Source: Candidatus Muiribacteriota bacterium (GTDB lineage: Bacteria; Muiribacteriota; Muiribacteriia; Muiribacteriales; Muiribacteriaceae). From it: a stretch of DNA of 37,350 nucleotides. Under the pieces are notes generated by a model. That model had not been told where the DNA came from. It ran no database searches and saw nothing but the letters and a program-made list of their open reading frames with translations. Made by a program: the position numbers and the translations under genes. Shown here in pieces: positions 34,383-37,350 of this stretch. Position 1 is the first letter of the stretch. Every line of letters starts with the position of its first letter. Where the stretch lies: assembly GCA_041654635.1 (NCBI GenBank), contig JBAZDD010000001.1, forward strand, positions 1 to 37,350, in the 5' to 3' direction.

Positions 34383-34695
34383 ACTAATAATAATTCTTGC
34401 CACAGTTATTGGCTTTTTGCTTCTCTTTGGAGCCTCAGTTATGGCAAAATACAATCAGATTGCAATGCTGAATGAAGAAATTGAAAACAAGTACATTAAT
34501 ATTAATAAGTTAATAATTCAGAAAAATGAAATCAATTCTCATACAGAGCTTGAAGAAATAAATAAAATAATTGAAAAAGAAATACTGAGTTACAATCAGT
34601 CAGTAAAATTTTATAATATATTTATAAGTAAAGGAATAAATTCTTTCTTTGCAGGAAAATTCAAATTTAACCAGAAAAGAAATTGGGGTGAATAA
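34372..34695 (+). CDS. Small membrane-anchored hypothetical protein (LemA-like N-terminus)
   Basis: N-terminal TM segment LIIILATVIGFLLLFGASV, followed by KYNQIAMLNEEIENKY, which resembles the start of LemA proteins. At 107 aa it is much shorter than typical LemA. Confidence 0.3.
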   Translation: MKNKLIIILATVIGFLLLFGASVMAKYNQIAMLNEEIENKYININKLIIQKNEINSHTELEEINKIIEKEILSYNQSVKFYNIFISKGINSFFAGKFKFNQKRNWGE

Positions 34696-34698
34696 ATA

Positions 34699-35265
34699 AT
34701 GGCAAAAAAACCTTCGCGTCTATTAAAAATAGTACTTTGTTCTGTATTTTCATCACTTGCATTTGTGCTCATGCTTTTTGAAATCCCTTTTTTTGGGGCT
34801 TTTACATGGCTTAAATATGATATATCAGATGTTTCACTCCTTCTTGTCGGGTTCAAGCTTGGTCCATTATTTGGAATTATTTCTGTTTTTTTAAGAAATA
34901 TTCTATTCTGGATTCTCAAAGGTGATGGTTATGGAATATTTGGATTTGTAATGAGTACAGTGGCTGGATTGAGCTTTATACTTCCGCCAGTTATTTTTTA
35001 CAATAGAAAAAAAAGTATGAAAAATGCCTATACAGGACTGGTTCTTGGAATTTTATCCATGGTATTTATAATGATTCCATTAAATATATATATAGCAAAA
35101 ATAATGCTTAATATGGAAAATACTAAAGTAATAAGTTATATTATTTATGGTGTAGCCCCTTTTAATTTTCTTAAAGGAATATTAAACTCGATATTTGTAG
35201 TAATAATTTACAAAAAAATCTGGAAAATTATTGGTCAGGAGAAAACAGCAGATGAAAAAAATTGA
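34699..35265 (+). CDS. ECF-transporter substrate-specific (S) component, RibU-like
   Basis: Six-helix hydrophobic protein with FEIPFFGAFTWLKYDISDVSLLLVGFKLGPLFG, typical of ECF S components. No ecfA/ecfT genes adjacent, and no riboswitch-sized leader. Confidence 0.6.
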   Translation: MAKKPSRLLKIVLCSVFSSLAFVLMLFEIPFFGAFTWLKYDISDVSLLLVGFKLGPLFGIISVFLRNILFWILKGDGYGIFGFVMSTVAGLSFILPPVIFYNRKKSMKNAYTGLVLGILSMVFIMIPLNIYIAKIMLNMENTKVISYIIYGVAPFNFLKGILNSIFVVIIYKKIWKIIGQEKTADEKN

Positions 35266-35650
35266 ATTTTTTATTAGCAGTGCTGACATAAATAATAAAA
35301 ACGGTCAGGACTTTAAAGAATTTACTAACTGGTGCAGATATTTTAAATATGATTTATTCATAAATGAAACTGATTTTATTGTTGATGAAAAATCCATGGA
35401 AAGACTCAATATAGATTTATCAAATATTATTTCAGAAGATGATTTTCTTTTTAAATTAAAAAAAAGCTCAGGGAAGATTAAAGTTCTTATTCAAAATAAA
35501 GAAAGTGGATTGGAAAAAAATGCTGATTTTATATTTGCTTCAAAAAATACTGAATTAAAAGATAAAAACATACCTGTTCAAAAAGTATTTATAATAAATA
35601 ATTTTTCTGCTGCAAGAGAAATTTTATCAAATCTTGAGTTTTTAAATTAA
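35252..35650 (+). CDS. Hypothetical protein
   Basis: ORF with an ATG at 35252 (MKKIEFFISS...), overlapping the upstream gene end by 14 nt. No motifs recognised. Confidence 0.4.
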   Translation: MKKIEFFISSADINNKNGQDFKEFTNWCRYFKYDLFINETDFIVDEKSMERLNIDLSNIISEDDFLFKLKKSSGKIKVLIQNKESGLEKNADFIFASKNTELKDKNIPVQKVFIINNFSAAREILSNLEFLN

Positions 35651-35793
35651 TAAAATTCTCGATCAGAACCGGTTACCTTCAATTGCAAATTATCAATATA
35701 TATCAATAAAAATCTGAATAATTCAAAAAAAACTTTTGATTTATTAACTAATAAGGTTTAAAATTATTCTAACGACTTCACTGGAGGGGTGGA

Positions 35794-37350
35794 ATGAAAA
35801 AATTTTTTCTTTCTTTTTTTGTATTTTTAATTTTATCTTCATTTGTTTATGGTAAACAAAACAGCTCTGTTTATATGTTTAATCCTGAAAAAAGTGATTT
35901 AACAGAATTGCAGGAGTATCTTCATAATGAGCTGGTTTTAAAAAGAAATGAAAGGTTGCTTTTTAATAATTCTATAAAAGATATTATTGACAAAAATTAT
36001 AATTCTAAAAATATTTTAAAACTTAAAAACCTTGGCTTATTAAATATTACAGATTCAGAACTAATAAAAACAGATGATAAAACCCCTTTTGATGTTCTTA
36101 AATATGGTTATATTTTATATGAAGAAGAGTTTGATACTTTAATCAGAATTTTTTCAGGCGAAAGTTATTTTATAAATAAAATGCCGGATTTATTTGTAAT
36201 AAGCCGTGACAGAATATTCCCGGATATTTCAGCCCCTCAGGATGAAATAAATTTGTTTAAAAGAGCAGTAGATTTATTTTATGGTTCATATTACGAATAT
36301 ACTTTCATGTCAACGCAATCATATTCAAACGATTATATTAATAAATATGGTGAAGGTGTATTTATTGAGCAGGCAAAAATTTTAAACATAGCAGCAGGAA
36401 CGGCTTATAAAATCTATTCTTCATCAATAAGTCCTGAAAAAGGTCTTGAGTTAATTGAAGAGTTTATTGACACATATCCTAATTCTCAGTTTCTTGATTA
36501 TGCTTTATTTTTAAAGGGTTTCATGTATTACAATATGGCAGAATACCATAAATGTATTGAAATCTATACAGTTTTAGTAAATTCTCAAGATGAAAAAATC
36601 AAAGAAGAAAGTTCGTATCTTTTATCAATTACAAACTTTTTAAACGGCAATTTGACAGAAGCACAAAATTGGAAAAATATTTACCTGAATCAATACACAA
36701 AATATATTGAAAGATTTAAATATTTAGATTTAGTAATTTTATATAAAGAAAAACAGTATTTAAAATGTCTTGAAGAAATTTACATGTCATATATTGGTGA
36801 TTATGTTATATCAAAATATCTTATTATTCTTGAAGCATTGTGTTTTAATAAACTTGAAGAATATGGTAATGCTGAAATGCTTCTTGCAAATTTATCCGTA
36901 TCACCGAATAAATATTCAACTTTTGATATTTATGAAAGAGAATATGTAACAATTGGGGATAATGCCGAATTTATAAGAAATATTATACTTTTTAAAAAAG
37001 GGGATTATGAAGAATTAATCTATAATTTAAATAACTTTAATTTCAGAAGTTTTTCAATTTTAGGATACATGGGATATTTGGGTTATGCAAAAGCAATGCC
37101 TGAAATATTACAGGGACTGGCTGCCGGGGATAATCTAGGAAGTGGAAATATAAACAATGCTAAAAATTTACTTCAGGGCGTTATTTTAACAATTGACAGA
37201 AGTTATTTTAAAGAATTAAAGCCTTGGGCAAGACTTCGAGTTAATCATATATATAAAGATGTTACAGCACTTGATAATATGAAAATTGAATATATTGGAA
37301 CAAAACCAGGAATGCTGGCAGCGTATTACTCCCCAGTATTAAACAGTTTA
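35794..37350 (+). CDS. Secreted TPR-like repeat protein, 3'-truncated by the window edge
   Basis: Not in the supplied ORF track because it has no stop. I translated 519 codons from the ATG at 35794 (after the SD sequence GGAGGGG) to nt 37350 without meeting a stop. Signal peptide MKKFFLSFFVFLILSSFVYG. Helical repeats of the YbgF/BamD-like type (DTYPNSQFLDYALFLKGFMYYNMAEYHKCIEIY). Confidence 0.55.
   Translation, partial: MKKFFLSFFVFLILSSFVYGKQNSSVYMFNPEKSDLTELQEYLHNELVLKRNERLLFNNSIKDIIDKNYNSKNILKLKNLGLLNITDSELIKTDDKTPFDVLKYGYILYEEEFDTLIRIFSGESYFINKMPDLFVISRDRIFPDISAPQDEINLFKRAVDLFYGSYYEYTFMSTQSYSNDYINKYGEGVFIEQAKILNIAAGTAYKIYSSSISPEKGLELIEEFIDTYPNSQFLDYALFLKGFMYYNMAEYHKCIEIYTVLVNSQDEKIKEESSYLLSITNFLNGNLTEAQNWKNIYLNQYTKYIERFKYLDLVILYKEKQYLKCLEEIYMSYIGDYVISKYLIILEALCFNKLEEYGNAEMLLANLSVSPNKYSTFDIYEREYVTIGDNAEFIRNIILFKKGDYEELIYNLNNFNFRSFSILGYMGYLGYAKAMPEILQGLAAGDNLGSGNINNAKNLLQGVILTIDRSYFKELKPWARLRVNHIYKDVTALDNMKIEYIGTKPGMLAAYYSPVLNSL

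Noticed and set aside
35651-35793. A possible riboswitch or structured leader upstream of the TPR-like gene, and an FMN riboswitch upstream of the RibU-like gene.
   Set aside because: The 143-nt gap is almost entirely A/T apart from the short palindrome AACCGGTT, and I recognise no conserved riboswitch cores. The RibU-like gene has only a 3-nt upstream gap, leaving no room for a leader.
1-37350. An alternative genetic code (for example TGA read as a sense codon) in an AT-rich uncultivated lineage.
   Set aside because: TGA terminates several proteins at their expected conserved C-termini (rpoD, waaA, ddl, the histidine kinase). No conserved gene is interrupted by in-frame stops.

Overview
This is a gene-dense, AT-rich (about 30% GC by eye) bacterial chromosomal segment using the standard code: TGA, TAA and TAG all end well-conserved proteins. 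Nearly everything is on the + strand, with many 1-8 nt start/stop overlaps (TAATG, ATGA), so it reads as a few long operons. Housekeeping content: a probable dnaG 3' end, rpoD, a PolC-type replicase, a FecCD/FepC-type ABC importer, nifU-nifS, tRNA-Arg(CCU), a type I pullulanase, waaA, a 5'-nucleotidase-like phosphoesterase, rsmA/ksgA (- strand), tatD, dut, rsfS, an Omp85-family protein, ddl, and an ECF S-component. PolC together with WaaA and Omp85 indicates a diderm, LPS-making lineage with a Firmicute-type replicase; I cannot assign it further. No transposase, integrase, CRISPR or recognisable defence genes were seen. The most unusual items: (1) a free-standing, catalytically dead intein-like (Hint) ORF with a large insert, sitting with a STAS protein just upstream of polC; (2) a PolC that appears to lack its internal 3'-5' exonuclease domain; (3) a roughly 10 kb translationally coupled signalling operon with five GAF domains, combining a c-di-GMP synthase, hydrolase and PilZ reader with a histidine kinase, a GAF-GAF-PP2C-RsbW-like fusion and a CheY-like receiver; (4) a GC-rich 51-bp tandem element that supplies the stop codon of the receiver gene; (5) a helically phased 11-12 bp repeat array upstream of nifU. 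All functional calls rest on motifs read by eye; no database search was possible.
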